A DNA stretch of 64,000 nucleotides from the NCBI GenBank assembly GCA_977017645.1, contig OZ360237.1, positions 10,788,001-10,852,000 of the forward strand. Direction: 5' to 3'. The position numbers were made by a program, and so were the translations under genes. This DNA is from Torpedo marmorata (Eukaryota). Shown here piece after piece: positions 26,751-39,659 of the stretch. Numbering within the stretch: the first letter of the stretch is position 1; each line of letters starts with the position of its first letter. The notes under the pieces are model-generated. The model saw nothing but the letters and a program-made list of their open reading frames with translations, was not told the DNA's origin and made no database searches.

Positions 26751-26967
26751 CAGTAAAAACTCCTGGTATCTGGCACCTATGGGGATTAGTAGATGCCGGA
26801 TAAGTGAATTTTCCAGTTGCTTGAGATTGCGTGTTGTGTGATTGATGAACTGCTAGGGGGCGCCAATTTTAAACTTTTGTATTTTTTACCTATTTATTTT
26901 CGGCAATTTTTTGCCAGTTGCTTGAGGCTGCCGGTTGCTAGAATTCTGGATAACGGAGATTTTACTG
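26751..26967. mobile_element. Tc1/mariner (Tigger-like) MITE
   Basis: Imperfect TIRs cagtaaaaactcctggtatctgg / ctggataacggagattttactg with TA on both sides; a related terminus lies at 47725-47803. Confidence 0.8.
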
Positions 26968-29900
26968 TATATTCATTTTTTCTGTCATAATTTAATTTAT
27001 ACTTATTGTTTGCTGGAACCTGTTCAGCAGGAGCCCCTTTTAATTACACTGCTGTGACAAGGCAGCACAATGAGAACCTAATTGTTCCAAGACCATGCAA
27101 CAAAGGACGCACCTCAGAAACATACGCACACATTGGTGAATGAAGTCATTAGGTGCAGGTCTGACTTGGAAAGCCTTTCATTGCTGGAAGGCAATTCACA
27201 GCGAGGTGTCCCTTGTCAAATTCATGGACTGGTGCTCTTCAGTATTGCAGTCAAATTGATTTTCATATCCCGTTCTACAAAGAATAGTGCTGCGTGTTCA
27301 TACTTCTACACCACTGTTTTGATTATATAAATCCATGCCAACTCATAAGAACATAAGAACATAAGAAAGTAGGGACAGGAGTAGGCCAACCGGCCCATCG
27401 AGCCTGCTCCGCCATTCAATAATATCATGGCTGATCTGATCAATGACCTAACTCCACCTACCTGCCCTTTCCCCATATCCCCCAATTCCTTTTTTATGTA
27501 AAAATCTATCCAACTGAACCTTAAATATGTTCAATGAAGCAGCCTCAACCGCTTCCCAGGGTAGAGAATTCCACAAATTCACCACTCTTTCGGAAAAACT
27601 GTTTTTCCTCATCTCTGTCCTAAATCTACTCCCCCGAATCTTGAGGCTGTGTCCCCTAGTTCTGGTCTCACCCGCCAGTGAAAAAAACCTTCCTACCTCT
27701 ATCCTATCCATCGCCTTCATAATTCTATATGTTTCAATAAGATCTCCTCTCATTCTTCTGAACTCGAGCGAGTATAATCCCAGATGATTTAATCTTTTAT
27801 CATAAGTCAACCCCTTCATCTCAGGTATCAACCTAGTAAACCTCCTCTGGACTGTCTCCAAGGCCAGTATATCCTTCCTCAAATATGGAGACCAGAACTG
27901 CACACAGTACTCCAGGTGCGGTCTCACCAGTACCTTGTACAGTTGCAACATTACCTCCTTGCTCCTGAATTCAATTCCTCTAGCGATGAAGGCCAACATT
28001 CCATTTGCCTTCATAATAACCTGCTGCACCTGCAACCCAACTTTTTGCGATTCGTTCACAAGCACTCCCAAGTCCTTCTTGCATGCTGCAGTTTTTCACC
28101 ATTTAAATAAAACTCTGCTCTTTTATTTTTCTTGCCAAAGTGGATAACCTCGCACTTACTAACATTGTACTCCATCTGCCAGACCTTTGCCCACTCACCT
28201 AACTTAACTATATCCCTCTGCAGCCTCTCCACATCCTCAGTACAATTTACTCTTTCACTCAATTTAGTATCATCCGCAAACTTGGCTACGCCACATTTTG
28301 TCCCCTCCTCCAAATCATCAATGTAAATGATGAACAGTTGTGGGCCCAGCACCGACCCCTGCGGCACCCCACTTACCACTGTCTGCCAATCAGAAAAACA
28401 CCCATTTATCCCGACTCTCTGCCTCCTGTCAGACAACTTATCCTCAATCCATGCCAATATACTTCCCTCGACTCCATTCACCTGTAACTTACTGATAAGT
28501 CTCTTGTGCGGCACCTTATCAAACGCTTTCTGGAAATCCAAATATACAGCATCAACCTGTCCCCCTCTATCTACCCCACCCATTATGTCCTCAAAGAACT
28601 CTAACAAGTTTGTCAAACAAGATCTGCCCTTCCTAAACCCATGCTGCGTCTGCCTGATTGAACCCCTTCGTTCTAAATGTCTCACTATTTCATCCTTAAT
28701 GACTGCTTCAGACGTTAAGCTAATTGGCCGATAGTTCCCAGTCTTCTGCCCACATCCCTTCTTAAAAAGTGGTGTGACATTTGCTGTCTTCCAATCTGCC
28801 GGAACCTGCCCAGAATCCAGAGAATTTTGGTATTTGACCACCAATGCATCAACTATAACTTCTGCCATTTCCCTCCGAACCCTGGGATGCATTTCATCAG
28901 GACCAGGGGATTTGTCTGGCTTTTGTCCCATTAGTTTGCTCATCACTACCTCCTTTGTAACAACTATTTTATCAAGGTCTTCACCAACATTCGCATCCCT
29001 ATCTCCACTCTTTGGCATGCTGGACGTGTCTTCCACCATGAAGACTGACACAAAATATTTGTTCAAGGCCTCGGCCATTTCCTCATTATTCAATATCAAT
29101 TTCCCCTTCTCATCTTCCAAGGGTCCTATGTTAACTCTAGCCACCTTCTTCCGTTTTATATATTTATAAAAATTTTGCTATCTGTTTTTATATTTTGTGC
29201 CAATTTACCTTCATAATCCTTTCTCGCCTTTCTTATTACCCGCTTTGTTGTCCCTTGTTGTCTTTTAAAGTTTTCCCAATCTTCCAGTTTCCCACTACTC
29301 TTTGCAACTTTGTACGCCTGAGCTTTTAATTTTATACTCTCCTTTATTTCCTCAGTTAACCACGGCTGACTCTTCCCTCTCTTGCTGCCCTTATTCTTAA
29401 CTGGAATATATTTTTGTTGAGCATTCTGAAAAATCTCCTTGAAAATCTTCCACTGTTCCTCAACTGTTCTACCAACTAGCCTGTGCTCCCAGTCCACGCT
29501 GACCAATTCCTCCCTCATCCTGTGGTAGTCTCCCACTATTTAAGCATAATACATTAGTTATAGATCTAACTATTTCCCCCTCCATCTGTATGAGAAATTC
29601 AATCATACTATGATCGCTATTTCCAAGAGGGTCCCTAACTATCACATCATTTACTCTACCTATCTCATTGCACAATACTAGATCCAAAATAGCATTCACT
29701 CTTGTTGGTTCCTTAAAATGCAGCTCAAGAAAGCTATCGTGGATGCATTCTATGAAGTCTTCTTCCAGACTCCTGCAACTAACTTGATTTTCCCAATTTA
29801 CGTGGTAGTTAAAGTCCCCCACGACAACTGCCATTCCATTCTTACATGCCTCACTTATCTCTCTGTTTATTGCCTGTGCCACTGTACTATTGTTATTTGG

Positions 29901-30087
29901 TGGGCGATAGACAACACCCACCAGTGATTTTTTCCCTTTGTTATTCTTAATCTCCACCCAGATGGACTCAACATTATGTTCCTTAGATCTTATATCATCT
30001 CTCACTATTGCCTTGAACTCAGCCTTGATTAAGAGCGCCACACCTCCTCCCTTACCATCCTGTCTATCTTTTCGTACTACCTGATAC

Positions 30088-30942
30088 TGTTACAAATTCA
30101 AACCAGCAACGACAGAAGACGCAATGCAAAAGGGGTAAAATTGAAATTTATATTTATTAAAGACAATTAAACATATAATTTCACAACAATTAACCCCACT
30201 ATAAACGTCTATAAACACTATTCTTATCTAAAGAGTGTGTGTGTGTATGTGTAAAGCCCAGACCATTACAGTCTGTGCCCAACCCTCATGTAAAAATGGA
30301 AAACCTTCCCCAAAACCCCAGGTCAGTCATAAAAATAAGTCAGTCCCAAAAATACAGTCCACAAAAATTCACTTTCTAAGTACAGCGTCCAAATTCAGCT
30401 CATTGTGCTGGCAAGAAGGACTTCTTAATGAACGTTGGAGAGAGACAATGACTGTTTAAGCTTACGAATGCTTGGCCTGCTTTTCTTCTCTGATGACTTT
30501 CCCTTTTGGTAGATTCACGAGGATTGCGACTCCAAATCTGTTTTGGATTGAGGCATGTACTTGGATCTCACAGCCGGTCTCGCTGATCTCACGCCTGTTC
30601 TTCACAAAAGTTGTTTTAACTCAGGATTTTGCTGAGACAGGAGGCCATGTGCTATTCTCCCAGCCTTTTCCCCTGGGATGCACAAGCCTGTTTTTTTTCT
30701 GTGTTCTCCAGCCTTTGCAACTCCAAACTGCTACACAACCTCAATGCTTTTTGCAGAGGTTTGCACCTGCTTTTGCAAAAGTGCAACAAAGTATCTCTCC
30801 ACAGCCTGTCTCTCTCTCTGTGATTACAAGAAGTCCTGGGCAAGTTAACTCTTTCAGTACCAGGTCCCAGTGTGTACTCCAAAAGACTTCATCCTTCCTG
30901 CTGACAGTCTGCAGTCCAAATGGTCAGTCATGGTCCATAACA
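30088..30942 (-). mobile_element. Solo LTR (Gypsy-like), 855 bp, inside the CR1 endonuclease domain
   Basis: Termini TGTTA...TAACA; TSD atac (30084-87 and 30943-46); removing it restores CR1 QGYQVVRKDR; shares taaccccactat, (GT)n and accattacagt blocks with the 19675 LTR. Confidence 0.88.
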
Positions 30943-32084
30943 ATACCCTTGAAAGTTTAATTCCCAATCATGGTCATCTTGTAGCCATGTTTCTGTGATG
31001 GCCAATAAATCATATGCCTGGGTACCGATTTGCGCCTCAAGTTCACTAACCTTGTTTCTAATACTGCGGGCATTCAGATAAAGTGCCCTTATGCTCATTG
31101 ACCTTTTAGAATCTACTGACCTCTGTATCCTATGCTTTTGATTTTTCTGCCCTCTATTTTTCTTTGTCTTTTTCGTAACACTTTCTTTGGTCTCTGTACC
31201 ACCTTCCTCATTTTTTCTGTGTAGGTTCCCATTCCCCTGCCCCACTAGTTTAAACCTTCCCCAACAGCACTAGCAAAAGAACTCCCAAGTATATATATCC
31301 CGCCCCTGCCCAGATGTAGACCGTCTGGCCTGTATTGGTCCCATCTGCCCCAGAACCGGTTCCAATGCTTCAAGAAACTGAAACCTTCCCTCCAGCACCA
31401 CTGTTCAAGCCACATATTCATTCTGACGATTCTGTTATTTGTATTCTCACTAGCTCGTGGTACTGGTAATAATCCTGAGATTATTACTCTTGAGGTCCTA
31501 CTCCTTAATCTATTTCCTAGCTCCCTAAATTCAGCTTGTAGGAGCTCATCTCGCATCTTTCCTATATCGTTAGTATCAATATGGACCACAACAGCTGGCT
31601 GTTCACCCTCCCCTTCCAGAATGTCCTGCAGCTGCTCCGAGACATCCTTGACCCTTGCACCCGGGAGGCAGCACACCATCCGGGAGTCCTTTTTTGCGGC
31701 CGCAGAAGCTCCTGTCTGTTCCTCTCACCATAGAGTCCCCTATAACTATTGCTCTACCTGTCTTTTTCCTTCCCTCTTTCATAGCTGAGCCACTCACAGA
31801 GCCATGATCCTGGCTTCTACTGCCTTCTCCTGGTGGGCCATCTCCCCTAACCATACCTAAAGCGGTATATCTGTTACGGAGGGTGATGACCGCAGGAGAC
31901 TCCCGCACTACCTTTCTGTTTCTGCTCTTGCTGCTGGTCATCCAGTCCTTATCTACTTCTGCTCTCTTAAACTGCGGCGTGACCAACTCACTAAATGTCC
32001 TATCCACCATCATCTCCGCATCCCGGATGCTCCAAAGTGAGTCCATCCGCAGCTCTAGGGCCTTCATGCAGTCTATCAGCTGTC

Positions 32085-33630
32085 CACCCCTCCTCCAAAT
32101 GATCAGGTGCTGTGTTTCACAGTGGCCGACGTGAGGAGAGTGTTAAGCAAGGTTAACCCACAGAAAGCTGCTGGTCCAGATAACATTCCCGGCAGAGTGC
32201 TCAGGGGATGTGCGGCCCAGCTGTCAGATGTTCTCACCGACATCTTTAACATCTCCCTGAGCAGTGCCGTGGTTCCAACGTGCTTCAAAGCCGCTACCAT
32301 TGTCCCCGTGCCGAAGAAGTCGACGGTGTCCTGCCTCAATGCCTACTGCCCTGTCACACTCACATCTACTGTCATGAAGTGCTTCGAGAGGCTCGTCATG
32401 GGCCACATCAAGCTTCTGCTGCCCCCCTCACTGGACCCCCTGCAGTTCGCATATAGATCAAACCGCTGTATGGATGATGCCATCATTACCACCCTCCATC
32501 TAGCCCTCACCCACCTGGAAAATAAGGACACATATGTTCGAATGCTGTTTATTGATTTCAGCTCGGCATTCAACACGATCATACCTCAGTACCTGATAGG
32601 GAAGTTGAGCGGGCTAGGCCTAAACAACACCCTCTGTTATTGGATTCTAGACTTCCTGACGGGAAGACCTTAGGCAGTCCGGATTGGAAACAGCACTTTA
32701 AGGTCATTACATTGAGCACAGGGGCTCCCCAGGGCTGTGTGCTTAGTCCATTGTTGTTCACTCTGATGACTCATGACTGTGCAGCAAAACACAGCTCGAA
32801 TCACATCATCAAGTTCGCTGATGATACGACCGTGGTGGGCCTTATCAGCAAGAACGATGAGTCGGCATACAGAGATGAGGTGCAGTCGCTAATGGAATGG
32901 TGCGGAGCCAACAACCTGCATTTGAATGTAAATAAAACAAAAGATTTGGTTGTCGACTTCAGGAGGGCCCGGGGGGGATCATTCTCCATTGACCATGGAT
33001 GGCTCTACCGTTGAGGTCGTAAAGAGTACCAAGTTTCTTGGAGTGCACTTGGCGGAGAATCTCACCTGGTCCTTCAACACCAGTTCCATAGCCAAGAAAG
33101 CCCAGCAGCGCCTTTACTTCCTGCGAAGGCTGAGGAAAGTTCATCTCCCACCCTCTATCCTTACTACATTCTACAGGGGATGTATTGAGAGTATTCTGAG
33201 CAATTGCATCACCGCTTGGTTTGGAAACTGTATCATCTCGGACCGAAAGACCCTGCAGAGGATAGTGGGGTCAGCGGAGAAAATTATTGGTGTCTCTCTT
33301 CCCACCATGACGGACATCTACAACACGATGCATGAGGAAGGCTAATAACATTGTGAAGGACTTCTCACACCCCTTTTGTAAGCTTTTTTCCCTTTTGCCA
33401 TCTGGAAGGAGGTACCGAAGCACTAGGGCTCGTACGTCCAGATTGTGCAACAGTTTTTTCCCCCAAGCCATCAGGCTCCTCAATTCCTAGATATATATCT
33501 GTATTAGCATGTTATAGTTTTTTTATTGTATTATGATATTTATGTATATTTGCTCATGGTCCTGGAGAAACGCTATCTCGTCTTTCTGTGTATATGGTAA
33601 TGAACGACAAATAAAGGTGACTTGACTTGA
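32085..33630 (+). mobile_element. Rex1/Babar LINE family A (RT domain to 3' end), inserted into CR1 ORF1
   Basis: [64 protein letters not shown]; tail (GACTT)n; possible 3-bp TSD gtc restoring CR1 ...[14 protein letters not shown]. Confidence 0.92.
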
Positions 33631-35439
33631 GTCGTAGCTTTACACACTTTGTGCACACGTAAACCTCAGGGACACTATCAGTCATCCTGAGTTCCCACAT
33701 GGCACAGGAGGAACATGACACGGGTTGGAGCTCACCTGCCATGTCTGAAACGTGCACAGTTGTTTTGATAACTGATCAAAGTGACAAATTAGAAAGAAGA
33801 AACTTACCCCTTTTAAAAGTGCCTCAACCTCTCTGCGCCTCTCTATCTAACGTTACTGCTCCTTATGAATTTACTATGACTCTCTGCCCTAATATGCTGG
33901 TAATGTAGCTCCTGGGGGAGGCAAAAAAACAAAGAAAAATCCTGTTTTGGCCAATTACAGGAAAAACTTTGGAAAATTCCTCCCCGACTCCCTAATGGCA
34001 ATGAAGCAGCTCCAGGAAATTACTGAAATTTGTGATACACAACACTACCAGAAAACCTTATTCTCTCATTTTATTTCTTATTCTAATACTTAATCTCCTC
34101 TCGGTCATACTCTCGCTCCTCTCGGTCGAGCTCTCGCTCGCTTCTTCCTCGGGTGATCCCCGTCCTCGGGGCTGATCCCGCTGTGGTCTCCCGTGGCTTC
34201 CTGGACCAGCCACCCTCAATCCGAAGCAGCAGGAAGGCTTCCAAGGACCCTACCCCGAACTCTGCTTTGTTCACTTCGTTTTTCGTCATCTTACCTTTGA
34301 ACAAAGGACGTAATAACTATGGTCCTACTGATCCGAAACTTGCTGTTAAATTGTATGTTGGATTTATGCCACCTCCTCTTGAAAACCGGAATTACATTTG
34401 CTGCCTGCTTGTCCTTTGGCTAATGAATTTTTAATTGATGGATAAACAGAATCTCTGCCGCCTCTTCTCTATCAGACAGTCCTCTTTGAAACTTCATCTG
34501 AACAATGGCACCTCTCTAGCTTAGTACTTAATAAGAGATTAGCTCGGATGTGTACTTGTTTTTATACTCTGCCTGAACCCACTGCTACTCATTTCAGAGG
34601 AATTCTGTTAAAACAAGGACAACAATAAATCAGTTGATTACATATTTATTTAAAGTTCTGCAAGTTTAAATAGTTTTCTCAATGGTAAGATCAGTAAACA
34701 AAAACACACCCACCACCATCTCATAACCAACACCTCCATATGTTTAAACTAGATCAGTGAAGATGAGAGTGAATGACAAAGGCTGCCTCCGCTCTTTCCA
34801 ATGATTGCACAAGCACTTCAAATGGGAAAACATCTGATGTTTTAAAGTTATTTTAAAATACAAATTCAAGCAATGGAACTCCTGTAATATTCCACTGCTG
34901 CCTTCTCATTCCAATCGACCTGTGTCCATGAAAGTGAGCAGAGAAATTCCACAGACGTGTTATACCTGTTTCTAACCAGCTGTTGCAGAATTATTCTGGT
35001 AATTATTATTTAAAATCAAGAACCATAAAACATGGTGCTCCCGGTCCACTAACCTTCTTATTTTTAAGTACAGTAAGTGGCAGTGCTATAAATGAAAAGT
35101 GTCCATAAATATTCCCATTTTATTAGGGGAGTGGGGGGTGCAGAACTATAAAATCAGTTATTCATAGCAGCAAATATGGACATCATAAGTGACAGCACAA
35201 GTTAGTTAACCTATAATTTTCTCTTTCACGATTCTAGGGACACCAGCTCTGAATAATCTCCAGAATAAAAGTTTAGCCAATTTTTAGAGCAGTCGAGCCT
35301 GTTGCATTACATGAAAAGTTTGCTATCTTAAAATGTGCAGCAGAGCTCATCACAAGCACAGTACCATGCATAAAACATATCTGAAATAATTGCAAAGTTT
35401 ATTCAACTTTCCAAAATCCCTTTGTTGACAAAAACTTCA

Positions 35440-35762
35440 AAATACTTCTGCTGGATATATACTACCTCTCACAACTTCAAATTTTTGAGGTGTAGTCATA
35501 TTGCAAAATAGGAATTTTAGCAGCCAACTCCCGAACAGTACGACCCCATGAAGCATAAATGCCAGAGAATGCATTGGGGAAAACTGACCTGGACTTTGTA
35601 CGATCCCCCTGAGAGAGCCACAGTTTAATGTTTCATCTGAGTGGTATCTTCTGCACAACACAGTACTGCCTGAATATTAGAACAAATTAGAACAATATTT
35701 TGTACTCAAGTCTGCTAAATCCTACATTTTCTGATTCAGAGACGAGGTTCCACCAACTGAGA
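35440..35762 (-). mobile_element. Ancient DeuSINE (SacSINE1/AmnSINE-like) remnant
   Basis: Minus strand ctcagttggtggaacctcgtctctgaatcagaa...gacttgagtacaaaat...cagtactg...cagatgaaacattaaactgtggc resembles my recollection of the SacSINE1/Deu consensus; similar remnants at ~14870-15030, ~15900-16220, ~21740-21920 and ~34480-34600. Confidence 0.55.
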
Positions 35763-35939
35763 AACTAAATAAGGAAGTAAGATTAAAAGTGGAAATATCT
35801 GAGACCTGGAGGATCATTCTGACGAGAGAGGTGTTAGGATGTGTATAGATGAGCTCATTTACTTCTTATTAACATAATTGAACTGGGTGAATTAATCAGT
35901 TATAAATTGGTGGAATTTATAAATTCAGAATTAATTTAG

Positions 35940-36160
35940 TCCAATGCTGTTACAGCGCCAGCGACCCGGGTTCGAATTCGACACTGTCTGTAAGGAGATT
36001 GTACGTTCTTCCTGTGACTGCATGGGTTTCCTCCGGGTGGTCCGGTTTCCTCCCACCTTTCAAAAACTTACAGGGGTTGTAGGTTAATTGGGTGTATTTG
36101 GGCGGCACGAGGTCGTGGGCCGGAAGGGCCTGTTACTGTGCTGTATGCCTAAATTTAAAA
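35940..36160 (+). mobile_element. HE1/V-SINE-like element, 5'-truncated
   Basis: gctgttacagcgccagcgacccgggttcgaattcg...tgtaaggagattgtacgttc...gtgggccggaagggcctgttactgtgctgtat. Confidence 0.88.
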
Positions 36161-36862
36161 TTTATAGACTGTCATTTCATATTTTAGATTTACATTGGAT
36201 AGCCAAATGCAAAATTAAAATCCTTGTTTATTAGGGAAAATAGAAATGCATGCAGTTATACAAGAATAGTAAAAAATGAACACCAAAGAACCAGAATGAG
36301 AGTTGCAAGTAATTGCATATTTCTCAATCTCACTGTTGGGAATTAATCACAAGCTATTAAAGAAACAAAGAGAATGTTGACCTCTGGTTAAAACAAGTGA
36401 CATTTAAACCCATGGATTTTGTTGCGGCTTTTTAATGGAATAATTGGAACACACAATTGACATATTTTACACAAACGTGATTGTAACATTTTAAAAACAA
36501 TGCAATATTATGGGACTGAGAGGAAAAAGAAGGTTCCTGTCACTAAAAAAAATGTCACCAGGTAGACTTATGGAAGAACGTTTAAAAGAATTAGGACTTC
36601 ACTGTAACATAAGGAGAACTCAATATGATGATTAAAATGAACTCAGACTTCAAAGTGAATCAAGACAATTGGACAAGAAGATATTGATTTAAATTAAAGT
36701 TAATTCAGTACAAACCTTGGTAGTTTCTTTATTTAAAGGCTGACGGACGTTTCAAGTCATTTATCCGATACAGTTGTGGAATTAACAACACTAGAGGAGT
36801 CTAAAGCACCACAGGTTAGAACACTGAATGGGCCACAGCAGCTGCCCTAATAAGCTTCCTAA

Positions 36863-37087
36863 GTAAAGGTAAAGGTAAAGGTTCCATTATTGTCACGTAA
36901 TACTACATTTAGAATGTAACATACATGAAATTCTTTAATTTTTGTCTACTGTAAGGCAGACAGAGGGTCGCTATTTTGTCCAGCGCCCCTCAGAAACCTA
37001 CAGCACCTGGTGCTCCTAGGCGGTCTCCCCTCCAAGTACTGACCAGTCCTGTGCCTGCTTAGCTTCAGAGATCAGTCAATCCCAGTC
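36863..37087 (-). mobile_element. 5S rRNA-derived SINE (SINE3-like) with LINE-type (ACCTTT)n tail
   Basis: Minus strand 37085-36994 ctgatctctgaagctaagcaggcacaggactggtcagtacttggaggggagaccgcctaggagcaccaggtgctgtaggttt aligns to the 3' two-thirds of vertebrate 5S rRNA; followed by ~110 nt of body and gtgacaataatggaacctttacctttaccttt. Confidence 0.85.
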
Positions 37088-37206
37088 AACAGAAAGTGCA
37101 AGGAATACTCTGCAATTTTGGCAACATCTATGAAGAGAGAAGCAGAGTTATCAATTCAGGTCAATGACCCTTCGAGCAATCTTTCTGATAAAGGGTCATT
37201 AACATC

Positions 37207-37592
37207 GACTCCTCCGGTTTCTGCTAGCCCACTCCCTGTTCTCCCCTATCCCTCTGACTTCTTTCCTCCAGCTCTCCACCCCCTTGCCTCTCCATTCAGA
37301 GCCATCACCCCCTTCCCCTGTTTTCTGGTGTGCCCTCCCTCCGTTATCCACCTATTACCTCCTGCCTGTGGGACTGTGCTCCTCCCCCTGCCTCCCACCA
37401 CCACCCCCCACCCCCACCATTTTGATTAGGCACAACCTACATTTTGCTCATACCTTGATGAAGGGCTCAAGCCTGAAACATTGGTTATGTATCTTATCGT
37501 TGCTATATAAAGTACATGGTTTGAACTGCTGAGTTTCCTCAGCATTGCGTTTTTACTTCAATTACTGTGTCTGCAAACTTTCATGTTTTACT
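37207..37592 (+). mobile_element. Penelope 3' fragment nested in an older Penelope-derived palindromic element (~37100-37700)
   Basis: Pyrimidine-rich region then cataccttgatgaagggctcaagcctgaaacattggttatg...ctgctgagtttcctcagc; host shows tgacccttc...aaagggtca symmetry and resumes at gaaatgttaattctgtttctc; possible TSD acatc. Confidence 0.72.
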
Positions 37593-39659
37593 ACATCATG
37601 AAATGTTAATTCTGTTTCTCACTCCTTGGGTGCTGCCTGGCCTGCTGAATATCGTCAGTATTTTTCAATTTTTTATTGCAGATTTCCAACATTTGCAGAT
37701 GTTCACTTTTCAATATCTTCCTTACTTGTCCTGCTGATGTGTGGGTGCTGCATCAGTATTTGAATGGCCTCATTTCTACCCTTTCCAGACCATTGGAAGA
37801 CAGGCATAAACCAATCTCTTCACGTGAGTGTCTGAAACAACAGATAATGTCACAGAAGCCATTTTCTTGGCACCTTCCACCCCTGGCAGATGGCCATATT
37901 GCCAAACCACCATCACTGCTTCTAAGAACATAAAGATAAATATAAATATAATTGCCAGTCTAAGATGAGATGTGCTTGTATAAAATGCATTGAGAATTCT
38001 GTTTAATAATTTCCAGACAATTGTATTTATTCTGCTAAAACGAGAAGTAGCAGGTAATTAAACAGAGGAGGTATGTACAGATGTATAACACAGACACTGC
38101 CATTATCACAGACATTTTAATTAAATCTTAGATTTCCACATCTATTAGGTGTCCGTCTATTATAGTATATTACTTATTTCAGTTTCAGGGATAGGTGAAT
38201 CGAATAAACACCACTTAACTAAATTATAAAGCTATCTTGAATGTCCACATCTCAGGATACTTCATTAACTGGAATAAACCTTAAACATTTATTAAAAATA
38301 GTTAGGTACTGAAAATATGCAGCTGCCAACATTCTTGAACTACATATCTGGTGACGCGATGGTGCACAGGCTGGGAATGAGGGTCTGAGAGGCAAAGCTT
38401 CCGCTTACCCAGAACAGGGATACCAGAGGGGTTTAGCGAAGGAAAATGGTTGACAGGTTGGAGGTTCTCTTTTGTATGGTCTGACAAAGCATCAGTGCCT
38501 GGGGCACTAAATTAAAGCAACTACACTGGAGCCTGCTGCTACCTAGTGCAACCAGAGCAAAATGGGAGTGCCATCACTTCAGTGCTTTTCTTCAGATATC
38601 ACACTGACTTGGAACCACATCATCACTGGGGTCCAAGCTTCAAAGTTTCTGAATGAGGAGTCCTAAGGTAGTAACTTCAACACACATGCAGTATAGTTCA
38701 AGATGGTGTCTCAACACTACCTCAAAAATAATTGCATATCTGCACTAAATTCTAGCCTTGTCAGTGACACTTACATAAATGGACAAAAAAATGAAAAATG
38801 GAATTAAAATAGTAAGTCGTTTATTAATGAACCTTAGAGATTTAAATAAAATCAAAACCAGGTCAATTTTGTCTAACCGCAATTCTGTGAGAAGTACATA
38901 CAGACTTCTATATAAATCTGGTTTAAGGCCAAAGTTTCCATTTCATTTAAAATGAAGGTGACTCAGTGATGTTACTAATGAGAAAATCTATCTTTTAGTA
39001 CCATTGATGGCTCATTTGTGGACCTCTATAAATATTTTCTGTGCAAAAGCTAATTTTACCATGAATTTGCTAAGTTTGCAAAAGGAAACATTAAAGCACT
39101 GGAGATTCATGCCAATGCTTTGCAAAGATTTAGCTAATGACTTTCTGAGCATTTACAAATTTATCATTAAATTAACTCAAACTTTGGCAATTTACGATTT
39201 ACCAATTTGTTTGTTTCAGAATCCCCATTGAATTTTGTCAATTCAGCTGTATGATTTAGTCATTGAGGCTATTAAAATCATGAAACTGACAATGGGAAGT
39301 AAAAGAAAAATTAAATCTGTGAAAAAGCACACTGATATTAGCAGCCAAGGCTATTCCTTGCATCCACATTGAATGACTCTAGTGGAAAACTAACAGCAGA
39401 GAAGCTTATTTTTATATATCACATACACCATAGTGAAATATCCAAAATCACTCAAAAAGGTTTAGCTAAGGACCTATGCCCAAATGCTTGCTAGACACAA
39501 GGAGCATCTGAGAAGAGGAGGAACGAATGGAATTTCATAGCTCAGAACCCAGACACCTACAAGCACAGTCTTCACATTTGGAATAAAATTGGGGCAAATA
39601 GAAACTGGAATTGAAGGAGTGCAAAGTTCTTGGATTAAGAGTGGAAGAAGAATACATGA

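Larger units (their letters stand above)
27344..33750 (-). mobile_element. Near full-length CR1 LINE: ORF1 (zinc finger plus SGNH esterase) and ORF2 (APE endonuclease plus RT), frameshifted, with two nested insertions
   Basis: ORF1 CSSCAMW..CTKC, IVIGDSMVRG, VVVHIDTNDIG, DGLHL; ORF2 YLNARSIRNK, ITETWL, VVGDFN, SDH, GPDEMHPR, NYRPISLTS, QHGFRKGRSCLTNL, GVPQGSVLGP, FADD; 3' tail (TTCTTATG)n at 27344-27367. Confidence 0.95.

Noticed and set aside
36994-37085. Functional 5S rRNA gene
   Set aside because: The 5' third is missing, it has many substitutions, it is not in a tandem array and it is fused to a retroposon tail.
38341-38400. Calcitonin/CGRP exon (expected near INSC by synteny)
   Set aside because: The superficial similarity does not translate into the CxxxTCxxxRL motif.
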